From assembly GCA_045804645.1 (NCBI GenBank), contig JBJMMR010000042.1, positions 18,184-82,183 on the forward strand: a DNA stretch of 64,000 nucleotides, given 5' to 3'. The position numbers and the translations under genes were made by a program. This stretch comes from Chloroflexota bacterium. GTDB lineage: Bacteria > Chloroflexota > Limnocylindria > Limnocylindrales > CSP1-4. Position 1 is the stretch's first letter; the number at the start of each line of letters is the position of its first letter. This document shows positions 27,207 to 36,696 of this stretch, in pieces. The notes under the pieces were generated by a model. That model worked only from the letters and a program-made list of their open reading frames with translations, was not told the origin of the DNA and ran no database searches.

Positions 27207-28447
27207 GAACGCGCGGTCGCCGTCCTCGAGCGCGACGCAGCCACCGTCCGAAGCGTGCGGGCAGGTGCCTTCTCCGTTCCCACGAGCGTCTCGGAGTCGT
27301 CTCCGCGGATGAACGCCTCCACCCGCTCGCGCGCGACATCGTCCGGGATCTGCCGCGGCGGGCTCTTCATGAAGTACGCAGACGGTGCGACGAGGGTGCC
27401 CTTCAACCCGCGGTCGAGCCCGAGCTTCAGACAGCGGATCGCATCGGTGATGACACCTGCCGAGTTCGGCGAATCCCACACCTCGAGCTTCAGCTCGGCG
27501 TTGAGGGGCACGTCGCCGTAGGTCGTGCCTTCCATCCGGATGTAGCACCACTTCCGGTCCTCGAGCCAGGGCACGTGGTCAGATGGGCCGACATGGACGT
27601 CGTCGGAGTCGAGCTCGTAATCGAGCATGCTCGTGACGGCGTTGGTCTTCGAGATCTTCTTGGATTCGAGCCGCTCGCGCTCGAGCATGTTCAGGAAGTC
27701 GGTGTTGCCGCCGAAGTTGAGTTGGTACGTGCGGTCGAGGCGGACGCCGCGGTCCATGAACAGGCGCGTCAGGACGCGGTGGCTGATCGTCGCGCCGACC
27801 TGGCTCTTGATGTCGTCGCCGATGACCGGCAGACCCTCTTCGGCGAATCGGCGCTGCCAGTACGGCTCGCGACCGATGAACACCGGGATGGCGTTCACGA
27901 AGCCGACGCCAGCGCGCAGCGCCTGCTCGGCGTACCACTTCGTCGCCTCCTCGCTGCCGACGGGGAGGTACGACACCATCACGTCGACCTCGCGCTCCTT
28001 GAGGATCCCGACGATGTCGACGGTCGGGCCGGGCGCCTTCTCGATCACCTGTGAGAGGTACTTTCCGAGGCCGTCGTGCGTCATCCCGCGCTGCACTTCG
28101 ACACCGAGCTCGCCCGTCTGCTGGAAGACGAAGGTGTTGTTCGGCTTGACGTAGATCGCCTCGCCGAGGTCCTTGCCGACCTTGTTCTTGTCGATGTCGA
28201 AGGCAGCCACGAAGTCGATGTCCCGCACGTGGTAGCCGCCGAGGTTCACATGCATGAGCCCCGGCACGAAGTCATCGTCGCTCGCGTTCTCGTAGTAGTA
28301 GCGCCCCTGGACGAGGCTGCTTGCGCAATTGCCGACACCGACGATCGCGACGCGGACCTTGCCGTCACCGCGCCGGCCGGCGCCCGCCCATGTGTTCGAT
28401 GGGCTCGTCCCGTCACTCCCGTTGCCGTTCCTGCCGTTGGTGCTCAC
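27203..28447 (-). CDS. ino1: myo-Inositol-1-phosphate (inositol-3-phosphate) synthase
   Basis: 414 aa; NAD-binding [16 protein letters not shown], conserved NFGGNTDF and [14 protein letters not shown] motifs typical of bacterial/archaeal MIPS. Confidence 0.9.
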   Translation of the reverse strand: MSTNGRNGNGSDGTSPSNTWAGAGRRGDGKVRVAIVGVGNCASSLVQGRYYYENASDDDFVPGLMHVNLGGYHVRDIDFVAAFDIDKNKVGKDLGEAIYVKPNNTFVFQQTGELGVEVQRGMTHDGLGKYLSQVIEKAPGPTVDIVGILKEREVDVMVSYLPVGSEEATKWYAEQALRAGVGFVNAIPVFIGREPYWQRRFAEEGLPVIGDDIKSQVGATISHRVLTRLFMDRGVRLDRTYQLNFGGNTDFLNMLERERLESKKISKTNAVTSMLDYELDSDDVHVGPSDHVPWLEDRKWCYIRMEGTTYGDVPLNAELKLEVWDSPNSAGVITDAIRCLKLGLDRGLKGTLVAPSAYFMKSPPRQIPDDVARERVEAFIRGDDSETLVGTEKAPARTLRTVAASRSRTATARS

Positions 28448-29094
28448 ATCTGCTCCTGCTCGGTCGGTTGGTCCGCGACCTGCCGGGCGGCCTGGCTACG
28501 GACGTTGAGGATCCGCTGGATCACCGTGAGGGTCGCACCGATCGTGATGATCGCGAGCGTTGGTTCGAGTGCCTTGATGTTCGGGGCGTCCGCCAGGACC
28601 AAGCCGACAGACAAGATCACCAGCCGGACCTCCCGTGGCATCAACCCGACGGCTGCCATGCCCTTTCCTGGCGAGAAGCCGAGGCCCTCCGCACGTGCCC
28701 GGACATAGCTGACCATGAACGCGGCGGCGAGGGCGCTGGTGGCGAGGATCGGGACGCGGGTGTGCTCCTCGACGGCGGCGCCGAACACGATCCCGATGTA
28801 GACGATCGCCTCGCCGCCACGGTCGAATACCGAATCCAGGAACGCGCCCCAGCGCGAGACACGTCCGGTGGCTCTTGCCAGGGTCCCGTCGAGCATGTCG
28901 AAGGCGCCGCCGATGAAGACGACGATGCCGCCGATCGTCCAGTGCTGCAGGGCGACGAGGACGGCGCCCGTCGTCGTGATCGCGAACCCGATGAGCGTGA
29001 GCGCGTCGGGCGTCAGCCCGGCTCGGCCCATCGCCAGGGCGATCGGCTCGAATACCGCCTTGATCGCGTCCCGAGACCGGTTGGAGATCGTCAA
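28444..29094 (-). CDS. CDP-alcohol phosphatidyltransferase, phosphatidylinositol-phosphate synthase type (PgsA1-like)
   Basis: 216 aa, 6 TM; CDP-OH_P_transf motif D-x2-DG-x2-AR…G-x3-D-x3-D as [27 protein letters not shown]; immediately upstream of and coupled to ino1. Confidence 0.8.
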   Translation of the reverse strand: MTISNRSRDAIKAVFEPIALAMGRAGLTPDALTLIGFAITTTGAVLVALQHWTIGGIVVFIGGAFDMLDGTLARATGRVSRWGAFLDSVFDRGGEAIVYIGIVFGAAVEEHTRVPILATSALAAAFMVSYVRARAEGLGFSPGKGMAAVGLMPREVRLVILSVGLVLADAPNIKALEPTLAIITIGATLTVIQRILNVRSQAARQVADQPTEQEQM

Positions 29095-29471
29095 CTCGCG
29101 ATCCCGAGGATCTCGCGTTCCCGAGCGGCCACCTCGCCGAAGGCTTCGGGGCGAAGCGTGCAGATCGTCTCGCGACCGACCCGTCGGGTCGCGACGAGGC
29201 CAGCCACGCGGAGTCGCTTCAGGTGATGGCTGACGAGGGGCTGCGATAGGCCGACGTGGGCGATGAGCTCGGCGACGCTCGCCTCGCCATCCGCCAGGCG
29301 ACGGACGATGCGCAGCCGGTTCACGTCGGCGAGGGCCTTGTGGAAGGTGCGCAGGTCGCGAAGATCATCGGGTTGGAGGACGATCGACGCGATCGTCGAG
29401 CGGAACCGGGCGGGGGTCGGCACGGAAAGCGTCGCCTCAGTGGGGGTCCGGCGCGAGGCCGGATGCATCAA
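29091..29471 (-). CDS. ArsR/SmtB-family HTH transcriptional regulator, first gene of the inositol-lipid operon
   Basis: 126 aa; wHTH LADVNRLRIVRRLADGEASVAELIAHVGLSQPLVSHHLKRLRVAGLV; 4-nt overlap with PIP-synthase gene start. Confidence 0.8.
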   Translation of the reverse strand: MMHPASRRTPTEATLSVPTPARFRSTIASIVLQPDDLRDLRTFHKALADVNRLRIVRRLADGEASVAELIAHVGLSQPLVSHHLKRLRVAGLVATRRVGRETICTLRPEAFGEVAAREREILGIAS

Positions 29472-29553
29472 CGACGGTTGATATCAACGGATGTTGATGC
29501 TATGAGCGGGTCCAAGGCGTGTCAAGCGGGGATCGTGGGGTCGACGCCGACCG

Positions 29554-30336
29554 GTGCGTAGACTCCCCTCCATGGATGTCCGCCGATGGACCCTGCTTGG
29601 CATCGCGATCGCCATCGTGCTCGCAGCAGGACTTCTTGCCGTGCTGCCGCGTCCTCCGCGTCGTCAGATCGCCGTCGACGTCCCGCCAGCGCCGCCACGC
29701 ATGACGCCCGCCGAGCTGTACGCGATGTTCACCGACCCGTCGTCGGCTCGCTCCTTCGGCATGCCGGTGACGCTCTCGGTCGATGACGCCGGTGTGCTGT
29801 TCCTCCCGACCGGCGGTCTCGTCGCGAGCGATGCATTCATCATGGACGGTCTCCCGTTCACCCTTGACGTCCCCGCAGGGCGTCACGCGGTATCGGTCCT
29901 GCGCTCGGACTTCGACGACGGCGACCGGCGCATCGCTGCCGCGATCGTCCGTTTCGCCCCCGGTGACCCGGTCCGCTGGGAGCTTGCCGTCGTCCCGGGC
30001 CAGGACCCTGCGGTGCTTCGGCCCGACGAGATCTTCGGATATGGCGTCGACTCGGGGACGGGCGCGTTCGCGAGCCGGGAGGCCGTGGCGCTGCTCAAGG
30101 ATGAGGCCCGGTACACCGCGTTCAGCCAGACGTTGCTCGCTGCGATGCCGGCCAAGGCGGTGAGCGATGCCATGACGGCGTCCGTGGTGGTCGATGACAG
30201 GACGGACGCGAACGTCGTCGCGTTCGCCTCCGGATTCGGGGACGGGTCGTATCCGAGCTACGCGGGGTTCGATAGCGACGGGATAGCGGTACTGGTCCTG
30301 ACCGACTTCGGCGTCCTCGACGCGTCGAAGGACTAG
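29554..30336 (+). CDS. DUF4241-like protein with N-terminal signal/anchor
   Basis: 260 aa; N-terminal hydrophobic segment; central region with FGYGVDSGTGAFAS and C-terminal FASGFGDGSYPSYAGFDSDG reminiscent of DUF4241; divergent from arsR. Confidence 0.5.
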   Translation: MRRLPSMDVRRWTLLGIAIAIVLAAGLLAVLPRPPRRQIAVDVPPAPPRMTPAELYAMFTDPSSARSFGMPVTLSVDDAGVLFLPTGGLVASDAFIMDGLPFTLDVPAGRHAVSVLRSDFDDGDRRIAAAIVRFAPGDPVRWELAVVPGQDPAVLRPDEIFGYGVDSGTGAFASREAVALLKDEARYTAFSQTLLAAMPAKAVSDAMTASVVVDDRTDANVVAFASGFGDGSYPSYAGFDSDGIAVLVLTDFGVLDASKD

Positions 30337-30364
30337 CCGGGCTTCGCGACCTAGACTCGTCGCG

Positions 30365-32008
30365 ATGGACCGCGGGACCCGACTCGTGCTGCTCGCCGTG
30401 TTCGGCGCAGGCGTCTTCCTGGCCGGGCTCGAACTGATGATCACCGCTGTCGCGCTGCCGTCGATCCTGGCCGACCTCGTCCAGGCCAACGGAACATCGG
30501 CGTGGACCGAGCTGCGGAAGGCAAGTTGGATCATCAACGGATACCTGCTGGTCTACATCCTGATGATGCCGCTCGCCGGTCGCCTGGCCGACCTCTGGGG
30601 TGCGCGACGGCTCTCGATGATCGCGCTCGTCGTCTTCACGCTGGGTTCGCTCCTCGCCGGGATGGCGCAGGACCTGGACCAGCTGATCGGCGCGCGGCTC
30701 GTCCAGGCAGTGGGCGGTGGTGTCCTCGTGCCGGTCGGGACGGCGGCCGCTGCGCACCTCTACGAGGCCCACGGCCGACCACGGGCGCTCGGGGTGATCG
30801 GTGCCCTCACGTTCCTCGGGATGGCCGCAGGGCCGTTCCTCGGGGCCGCCGTCCTCTCCGCGATCCACCCGGATTCCGTGCTGGAGAACGCTGGCCTTAC
30901 GGGCGGCTTGCTCGAGGCCGTGCTCGTCCCGGCCTGGCGCTGGATCTTCTACGCCAATATCCCGATCGCCATCGCGGCGCTCGTGCTGGCATGGGCAGCG
31001 GCACCCGGCTGGGAGACGCCGAGGCGACCCGGTCGTCTCGACATCGTCGGTGCCGCGATCTTCGGGGTCGCCCTGACGACCGGCCTCGTCGGACTGACGC
31101 TGGTCGGGGCGGGCGGCGACCCGGCGAGCCCGTTGACCCCGGAACGCGTTTCGCTCGGGCTGGGCCTCATCGCGATCGTGACCACCGCGATCGCGGTGGT
31201 CCGCGCGGCACGAGTCCCGGATCCGTTCCTCGACGTCCGTCTGTTCCGGCGCGGGGGGTTCAGTGCGGCGACGCTGGTGTCGCTGCTCACGGGCTACGCG
31301 TTCGCGACGGCGATCATCGGTGGCGCGGTCTTCGTCGATCGCGTGCTCTATGGCGGTCCGGACGAGCAACGCCTCGCCCTGGGCGCGCTTGCGGGTGCGA
31401 CGGCGATCGGAGCGCTCGCGTCGGGGTTCGCCGTACGGGTCATGAGCTACCGACTGGTCACGCTCGTCGGCCTCGCCGCGTCGATCGCCGCGCTGATCGT
31501 GATGTCACGCTGGTCGCCAGCGACGACGACCGCCGAGGCGGCCGCCGCGCTCGGCGTCTTCGGGCTCGGCTTCGGGCTGTCGGTGACGCCACGGTCGACA
31601 GCGGCGGTGGAGGCGGCTGGCCAGGCCTCGTTCGGTGCGGCGTCCTCGGTGGTGACGGTCGCGCGGATGCTCGGCATGGCCGTCGGTCTGGCGGTCCTCA
31701 CGGCCTACGGCTCCACGACCATCGATCGCCTGTCCGCCCAGGTGTACGCCACGCCGGAGGCCTACCTCGCCTACATCCCCGACGACCTCCGCGACCGCCC
31801 GCTCAAGGACCCGCTCGTGGTCGAGGCGCTCGAGTCATGGGCATCGCGTGAAGCGGCGTCGATCATGGTCGGCCTGTACCTCGTGGCCGCGATCGTGCTC
31901 GTCGTCGCGGTACCGCCGGCGCTTGCACTCGGCGGGACGGCGCGACGCCGCCAAGCCGCGCGTATGCTGCCGAACGATGGCGCTCCAGACACCGGTCTCA
32001 TCCTCTGA
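30365..32008 (+). CDS. MFS transporter (14-TMS DHA2-like drug:H+ antiporter)
   Basis: 547 aa; LAGRLADLWGARRL (motif A-like), 14 predicted helices, typical DHA2 N-terminal MDRGTRLVLLAVFGAGVFLAGLELMITAVALPSI. Confidence 0.8.
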   Translation: MDRGTRLVLLAVFGAGVFLAGLELMITAVALPSILADLVQANGTSAWTELRKASWIINGYLLVYILMMPLAGRLADLWGARRLSMIALVVFTLGSLLAGMAQDLDQLIGARLVQAVGGGVLVPVGTAAAAHLYEAHGRPRALGVIGALTFLGMAAGPFLGAAVLSAIHPDSVLENAGLTGGLLEAVLVPAWRWIFYANIPIAIAALVLAWAAAPGWETPRRPGRLDIVGAAIFGVALTTGLVGLTLVGAGGDPASPLTPERVSLGLGLIAIVTTAIAVVRAARVPDPFLDVRLFRRGGFSAATLVSLLTGYAFATAIIGGAVFVDRVLYGGPDEQRLALGALAGATAIGALASGFAVRVMSYRLVTLVGLAASIAALIVMSRWSPATTTAEAAAALGVFGLGFGLSVTPRSTAAVEAAGQASFGAASSVVTVARMLGMAVGLAVLTAYGSTTIDRLSAQVYATPEAYLAYIPDDLRDRPLKDPLVVEALESWASREAASIMVGLYLVAAIVLVVAVPPALALGGTARRRQAARMLPNDGAPDTGLIL

Positions 32009-33044
32009 TCCGCCGGTCGACCCTGCGGGAGAACCCCTCGCTCGCCGCCGGTACCCGACCTCCTCGGATGGACCCGGTCGGATCACCGTCAACGGCAAGC
32101 TCGACGGACGATTTCGCGAACTGGACGACGAAGCGGCGCTCGACGCGCTGCCTCGGATGCTCCGGGAGCCCGACCCTTGCGTGTGGGTCGACCTGGCCGG
32201 GCCGTCGCCGGATCGGGTGGAGGCGGTCGCTCGGGTCCTCGGGCTCCATCCGCTGATCGTCGAGGACGTCCTCGAGGGCAACCAGCGCGCCAAGATCGAG
32301 ACCACGGACGGCCTCGTTCACATCGTCCTGTTTGCGCTCGATCGCGATTCGTCCGACATCGCAAACGAGATCGACCTCGTCCTGGGCAAGGGCTATCTGC
32401 TCACCGTCCACGACGCGGGGTGGGATCCGCGTGGGTCGCATCATCTGCGCGACGGCGTCGAGCCGATCCTCGCCGAAGGCGTCGACCATCTCCTGTGGGC
32501 CATCGGCGACGACGTCGTCGACGGCTACTTCCCGTACGCCGATCGTCTCGGTGACGCGATCGATGAGGTCCAGGACGCCGTGATCCGGACCGCCAACCCC
32601 CAAACGCTGGAGCGCCTGTTCGCCCTGAAGCGCGAGCTGATCCTCGTCCGTCGCGCCGCAAGCCCGACGCGGGAGGTGTTCAACCAGCTCACGAATCGAG
32701 AGCTGACGCTCATCGACCCCGAAGAGATCGTGTACTTCCGCGACATCTACGACCACGTGATCCGCCTGACCGACGAGCTCGATAACTATCGCGAGCTCGC
32801 TGCTTCGACCCTCGACGTCTACCTGACGCAGGTCAACAACAACCTGTCGATCATCATGAAGCGGCTGACGGGCGTCACCGTCATCCTGGCCGGGATCGGC
32901 GCCGTCGCGGGCATCTTCGGGATGAGCGAGGCCGGCACCGCGCTCGCCGGCGCGGAAGGCGGCGGGTTCTGGGCGATCACGGCGGTGACTGTCGCCATCG
33001 CTGTCGGAGCAGCCCTCATCCTTCGCCGGGCCGGCTGGATCTGA
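31977..33044 (+). CDS. corA: CorA-family Mg2+/Co2+ transporter
   Basis: Start trimmed to MALQTPV…; cytoplasmic alpha/beta domain followed by two C-terminal TM helices with variant signature GIFGMSE in place of YGMNF; 5' end may overlap MFS gene (alternative downstream start possible). Confidence 0.75.
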   Translation: MALQTPVSSSDPPVDPAGEPLARRRYPTSSDGPGRITVNGKLDGRFRELDDEAALDALPRMLREPDPCVWVDLAGPSPDRVEAVARVLGLHPLIVEDVLEGNQRAKIETTDGLVHIVLFALDRDSSDIANEIDLVLGKGYLLTVHDAGWDPRGSHHLRDGVEPILAEGVDHLLWAIGDDVVDGYFPYADRLGDAIDEVQDAVIRTANPQTLERLFALKRELILVRRAASPTREVFNQLTNRELTLIDPEEIVYFRDIYDHVIRLTDELDNYRELAASTLDVYLTQVNNNLSIIMKRLTGVTVILAGIGAVAGIFGMSEAGTALAGAEGGGFWAITAVTVAIAVGAALILRRAGWI

Positions 33045-33047
33045 CCC

Positions 33048-33770
33048 TCAGCCGCAGACCACCGGCCGCGGGGTCGGATGGGCGGCATCGTGGTCCGCGG
33101 GACGCGCGTCGATCGGCTTGGCGATCACCTGCGTGTAGCCGAAATCGCGACCGGGGCCCTGCGACGTCTGGAGCCAGAGCTGCTCGGTCCTCGCCTTCGA
33201 TGGCGCGCTCAGCCCCGTCGTGTACGGCTGGTCGCGGCGGACGCTCGCGATCTCGTAGCGATAGAGCCAGTCGTCGCTGGTCCACACCTCGACGACCAGA
33301 CCCCGTTGGTCGAAGGCCCTCGTGCGGAGCAGAGGCAGGAACATCCCGTCGCGGGCGTGGGCGTAGAGGTACGTCGCCTTGCCGAAACCCGGCTGCGAGA
33401 GCTGCGGCAGGTACATCGCGACGTTGCAGTACGGATAGCCGTTGTTCGCCTTGACGATGGCGAGATCGACGCCGAGTTCGCGGATGCGGACGCGGGTCGC
33501 CACCCGATCCTTCGGTGGCGGCGTCGGCGAGGGCTGCGGCGTCGCGCTCTCCGTCGGTCGCGGGGTGCCGATCGGCGGAAGCGTGATCAGCGGCGCGGGC
33601 GTCGGAACGGATGCGCCCGAAGGCTCCGGTGACGCGCCCGGCGCGGAGCTGGGTCCGGCAGGGACCGGGACGGTGTACGTGAGGAGGCCCGCGGACAGGA
33701 TCGTCACCCCGAACGCCGTCAGCAAGGCGGGGAGTACGCGTGTACGAAGCTCGTCGCTCGGTCTGGCCAT
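33048..33770 (-). CDS. Class F sortase-like membrane-anchored protein with Ser in place of the catalytic Cys
   Basis: 240 aa; N-terminal TM, Pro/Ser/Thr-rich linker, then sortase-fold pattern RVRIRELGVDLAIV…YLYAHARDG (His loop)…GLVVEVWTSDDWLYRYEI…QLWLQTSQGPGRD, where TLxTC is replaced by LQTSQ. Confidence 0.5.
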   Translation of the reverse strand: MARPSDELRTRVLPALLTAFGVTILSAGLLTYTVPVPAGPSSAPGASPEPSGASVPTPAPLITLPPIGTPRPTESATPQPSPTPPPKDRVATRVRIRELGVDLAIVKANNGYPYCNVAMYLPQLSQPGFGKATYLYAHARDGMFLPLLRTRAFDQRGLVVEVWTSDDWLYRYEIASVRRDQPYTTGLSAPSKARTEQLWLQTSQGPGRDFGYTQVIAKPIDARPADHDAAHPTPRPVVCG

Positions 33771-33842
33771 CCGGGCCGCATCGTATCGGAGGCTCGGGCG
33801 AAGCGCCCTCCACGCGTCCGTACTGGTACCCTCCGCGCCAGC

Positions 33843-34265
33843 ATGTGGCCTCGACTGTCGATCGTCGCCGGTCTGCTGACCGGTATCGCAGCCGCGGCGC
33901 TGGTCCTCGGGGGGATCCTCCTCTTCGCGCCAGTGCCCGGTGCTGCCCCGACGCTCACGACCCAGCCGTCCGCGTCGTTCACGCCAGTCCCCTCACCGAG
34001 CGCGACCGCGACCGACAGCGCGACGGCCTCGCCCTCGGGATCAGCGTCGCCGTTGGCGTCGCCGTCGGTATCCGCTTCGGCGTCGGCATCCGCCTCGGCG
34101 GCGGCATCCGCCTTGCCATCTGGGAGTGATGCCTCTCCCCCACCCGACGTTGCCCACGCCGCCGACGCGGCGCCTGCCCCCAGCATCCGCCAGGTCGGTG
34201 GCGCGACCGACGCAGTCGCCGGCGGCCTGCGGACGATCGTGCCGGGGCCCAAAGTCCAGCCGTGA
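33843..34265 (+). CDS. Hypothetical Ser/Ala/Pro-rich membrane-anchored protein
   Basis: 140 aa; N-terminal TM LSIVAGLLTGIAAAALVLGGILLF then low-complexity SASASASASAAASALPSGSDASPPP; could be a real envelope protein or GC artefact; 4-nt overlap with otsB start. Confidence 0.3.
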   Translation: MWPRLSIVAGLLTGIAAAALVLGGILLFAPVPGAAPTLTTQPSASFTPVPSPSATATDSATASPSGSASPLASPSVSASASASASAAASALPSGSDASPPPDVAHAADAAPAPSIRQVGGATDAVAGGLRTIVPGPKVQP

Positions 34266-35203
34266 CACGGAGCGGCGCCGGGACGCCGGACGGCGCCGTG
34301 ACAACGCCCGTACCACACGTCTCGTCTCGCGCCGACATCGACGCAGCGCTCAGCGCCCTGGTCGCGGCTCCGCCGCCACTCCTGCTCGTCATCGATTTCG
34401 ACGGCACGCTCGCGGTCGGGTCACGTGACCCTGCCCTCGCCCGCATCGAGCCGCTCGCCCAGCGCGCTCTGCGACGCCTCGCTGGCCATGCGACCCGACG
34501 GCCGGACCGCCTCGTCCTCGCGGTACTCACCGGACGCCTCGTCGCGGACGTGGCGACGCGGGTCCGGGTCGGTGGTATCGAATACCTGGGCGACCACGGT
34601 CTCGAGCACGGGCGCCTGCCGCGCGGTGGGCGTGCGGAACGGCTGGTCGTCACGACCGACCCCACGTTCGATGTCCACCGCGACACGGCGGAGACGCTCG
34701 CGACGGCCGTCGCCGCGCAGCTCGGCGCGCCACCCTGGCTGTTCGTCGAACGCAAGGGGCCGTCCGTGGCGTTCCACGTGCGCCAGGCCGAGGACATCCC
34801 GGCAGCGCGTGCCGCCGTCGTCGAAACGATCGACGCCGTCGAGCGGCGCCTCGGTCTCGGACATGGGCTCGCGCATTACCGGGGTCGGTCGGTCGTCGAT
34901 CTCCGTCCGAAGGACGCCGGTGGCAAGCGCGAGGCGGTCGAGGAGTTGGTCGCGCGTGACCGGCCTGGCGGCGTCGCGGTGCTCGGCGATGAGATGAGCG
35001 ATATCGACGCCTTCGAGGCCGTCCTCGCTGCACGGACGGCCGGCGAGATCGTCGGCGTGACCGTCGCGGTCCACGGGAGCCGATCTGCGCCGACGGAGCT
35101 GCTCGCGCTCGCCGATCTCCAGCTCCGTGGGGCACACGAGGTGGGTCGCTGGCTGGTCGGCCTCGCGCGGCGTCTCGAGGCAGAGGGGGCGCGAGGTCCC
35201 TAG
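34262..35203 (+). CDS. otsB: Trehalose-6-phosphate phosphatase (HAD-IIB)
   Basis: 313 aa, GTG start; HAD motif I LLLVIDFDGTL, motif II, …GDEMSDIDAF (motif IV DD); overall OtsB-like. Confidence 0.75.
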   Translation: MTRSGAGTPDGAVTTPVPHVSSRADIDAALSALVAAPPPLLLVIDFDGTLAVGSRDPALARIEPLAQRALRRLAGHATRRPDRLVLAVLTGRLVADVATRVRVGGIEYLGDHGLEHGRLPRGGRAERLVVTTDPTFDVHRDTAETLATAVAAQLGAPPWLFVERKGPSVAFHVRQAEDIPAARAAVVETIDAVERRLGLGHGLAHYRGRSVVDLRPKDAGGKREAVEELVARDRPGGVAVLGDEMSDIDAFEAVLAARTAGEIVGVTVAVHGSRSAPTELLALADLQLRGAHEVGRWLVGLARRLEAEGARGP

Positions 35204-36696
35204 CCTGGGAGCGCGGAGATGGCTGCCGCGGCGCCTTCGGCGACCTGCAGCAGGGGCGTGGGCACCAGCCCGAACAGGATCGTGAGCGCCGTCGCGGCGG
35301 CCAGGCCACCCCATAGCAGCGCTCCGTGGCTCAGCGGAGGTGCGTCACTCTCCGGGTCGCGCATGTACATGTAGACGGCGACCCTGAGGTAGTAGAACGC
35401 GGCCAGCGCGGCGTTGAGGACCACGATCACGGCAAGGACGGTCAGCCACCCGCCGGCCTCGACCGCTGCGAGGATGACGTACGCCTTCGCCCAGAAGCCG
35501 GCGAGCGGCGGGATGCCGGTCAATGACAGGAGGAACAACAGCATCAGCGCCCCGAGCAGCGGTTCGCGCCGGCCGAGCCCCGAGAACGTGGCGAGCCCGG
35601 ACGTGACACCCGTCCGTTTCTGGAGCGCCGCGACCACCGCGAATGCGCCGAGGTTCATGAACGTGTACGCGGCGCCATAGAACAGCAGTCCCTGGAGACC
35701 GAGCAGCTGCCCCCCGGCGTACGCCGCGAGCCCGACGAGCATGTAGCCCGTGTGGGCGATCGAGCTGTACGCCAGCATCCGCTTGACGTTGTCCTGGGTC
35801 AGCGCGACGAGGTTCCCGACGGTCATCGTGAGCGCGGCGAGGATCATCACGACCGGCAACCACCATTCCGCGAGGGGCCCGAGCGCCTCGACGAACAGCC
35901 GGAGGATCAGCGCGAACGCGCCCACCTTCGGGCCGACTGACAGGTAGCCCGTGATGGGCGTCGGCGAGCCCTGGTACGCGTCCGGCGTCCAGTAGTGGAA
36001 CGGGACGGCCGCGATCTTGAACGCGACGCCCGTCGTCAGGAATGCGAGCCCGATCGCCAGACTCGCTTGGAGCGGCGCCTCGCCGGCGACGATCTGGCCG
36101 AGGATCTGGGTGACGCCCGGCCGCGATGGGTCGTCGCTGCTGATCAGCGTCGTCCCGGTGATGCCCCACACGAAGGCCAGCCCGAACAGGAAGATCGCCG
36201 AGCTGAACGAACCGAGGAGGAAGTACTTGATCGCCCCCTCGGTCGAGTAGGCGTCGGTCTTGTGGTAGCCGGCAAGCAGATAGCCCGGCAGCACCATCAG
36301 CTCGAGGCCGAGGAACAGCAGCAGCAGGTCGGCGGCACCGGCGATGAGCATCGCTCCGGTCATCGCGAAGATCAGCACGATCGCGAACTCGGCGATCGGC
36401 AGGCCGCGCGGCAGGAGGTAATCGGGGGCGAACACGATCGTCATCGCGACGATCGTGATGAACAGGACGTCGAGGAACGTCGTCAGCGCGTCGACCTTGT
36501 ACGAGCCGTTGAACGCTGTCGATGTCTCCGCTCCGACCTGGATCGTCACGAAGGCGGTGATGGCCAGGCCGATGAGTGCGGTCCCGATCGCCGGCCCGTC
36601 GCGACCGGGCCAGACGAGGTCGACGAGCAGCACTGCCGCTGCCGTGAGGACGGCCGCGATGAGCGGTGCGATCGTGACGAGATCGGCGAATGCCAC
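35200..36696 (-). CDS. nuoN: NADH-quinone oxidoreductase subunit N
   Basis: 498 aa antiporter-like subunit; …LLGSFSSAIFLFGLAFVWG…FKIAAVPFHYWTPDAYQGSPTP…; last gene of nuo operon. Confidence 0.9.
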   Translation of the reverse strand: MAFADLVTIAPLIAAVLTAAAVLLVDLVWPGRDGPAIGTALIGLAITAFVTIQVGAETSTAFNGSYKVDALTTFLDVLFITIVAMTIVFAPDYLLPRGLPIAEFAIVLIFAMTGAMLIAGAADLLLLFLGLELMVLPGYLLAGYHKTDAYSTEGAIKYFLLGSFSSAIFLFGLAFVWGITGTTLISSDDPSRPGVTQILGQIVAGEAPLQASLAIGLAFLTTGVAFKIAAVPFHYWTPDAYQGSPTPITGYLSVGPKVGAFALILRLFVEALGPLAEWWLPVVMILAALTMTVGNLVALTQDNVKRMLAYSSIAHTGYMLVGLAAYAGGQLLGLQGLLFYGAAYTFMNLGAFAVVAALQKRTGVTSGLATFSGLGRREPLLGALMLLFLLSLTGIPPLAGFWAKAYVILAAVEAGGWLTVLAVIVVLNAALAAFYYLRVAVYMYMRDPESDAPPLSHGALLWGGLAAATALTILFGLVPTPLLQVAEGAAAAISALPG

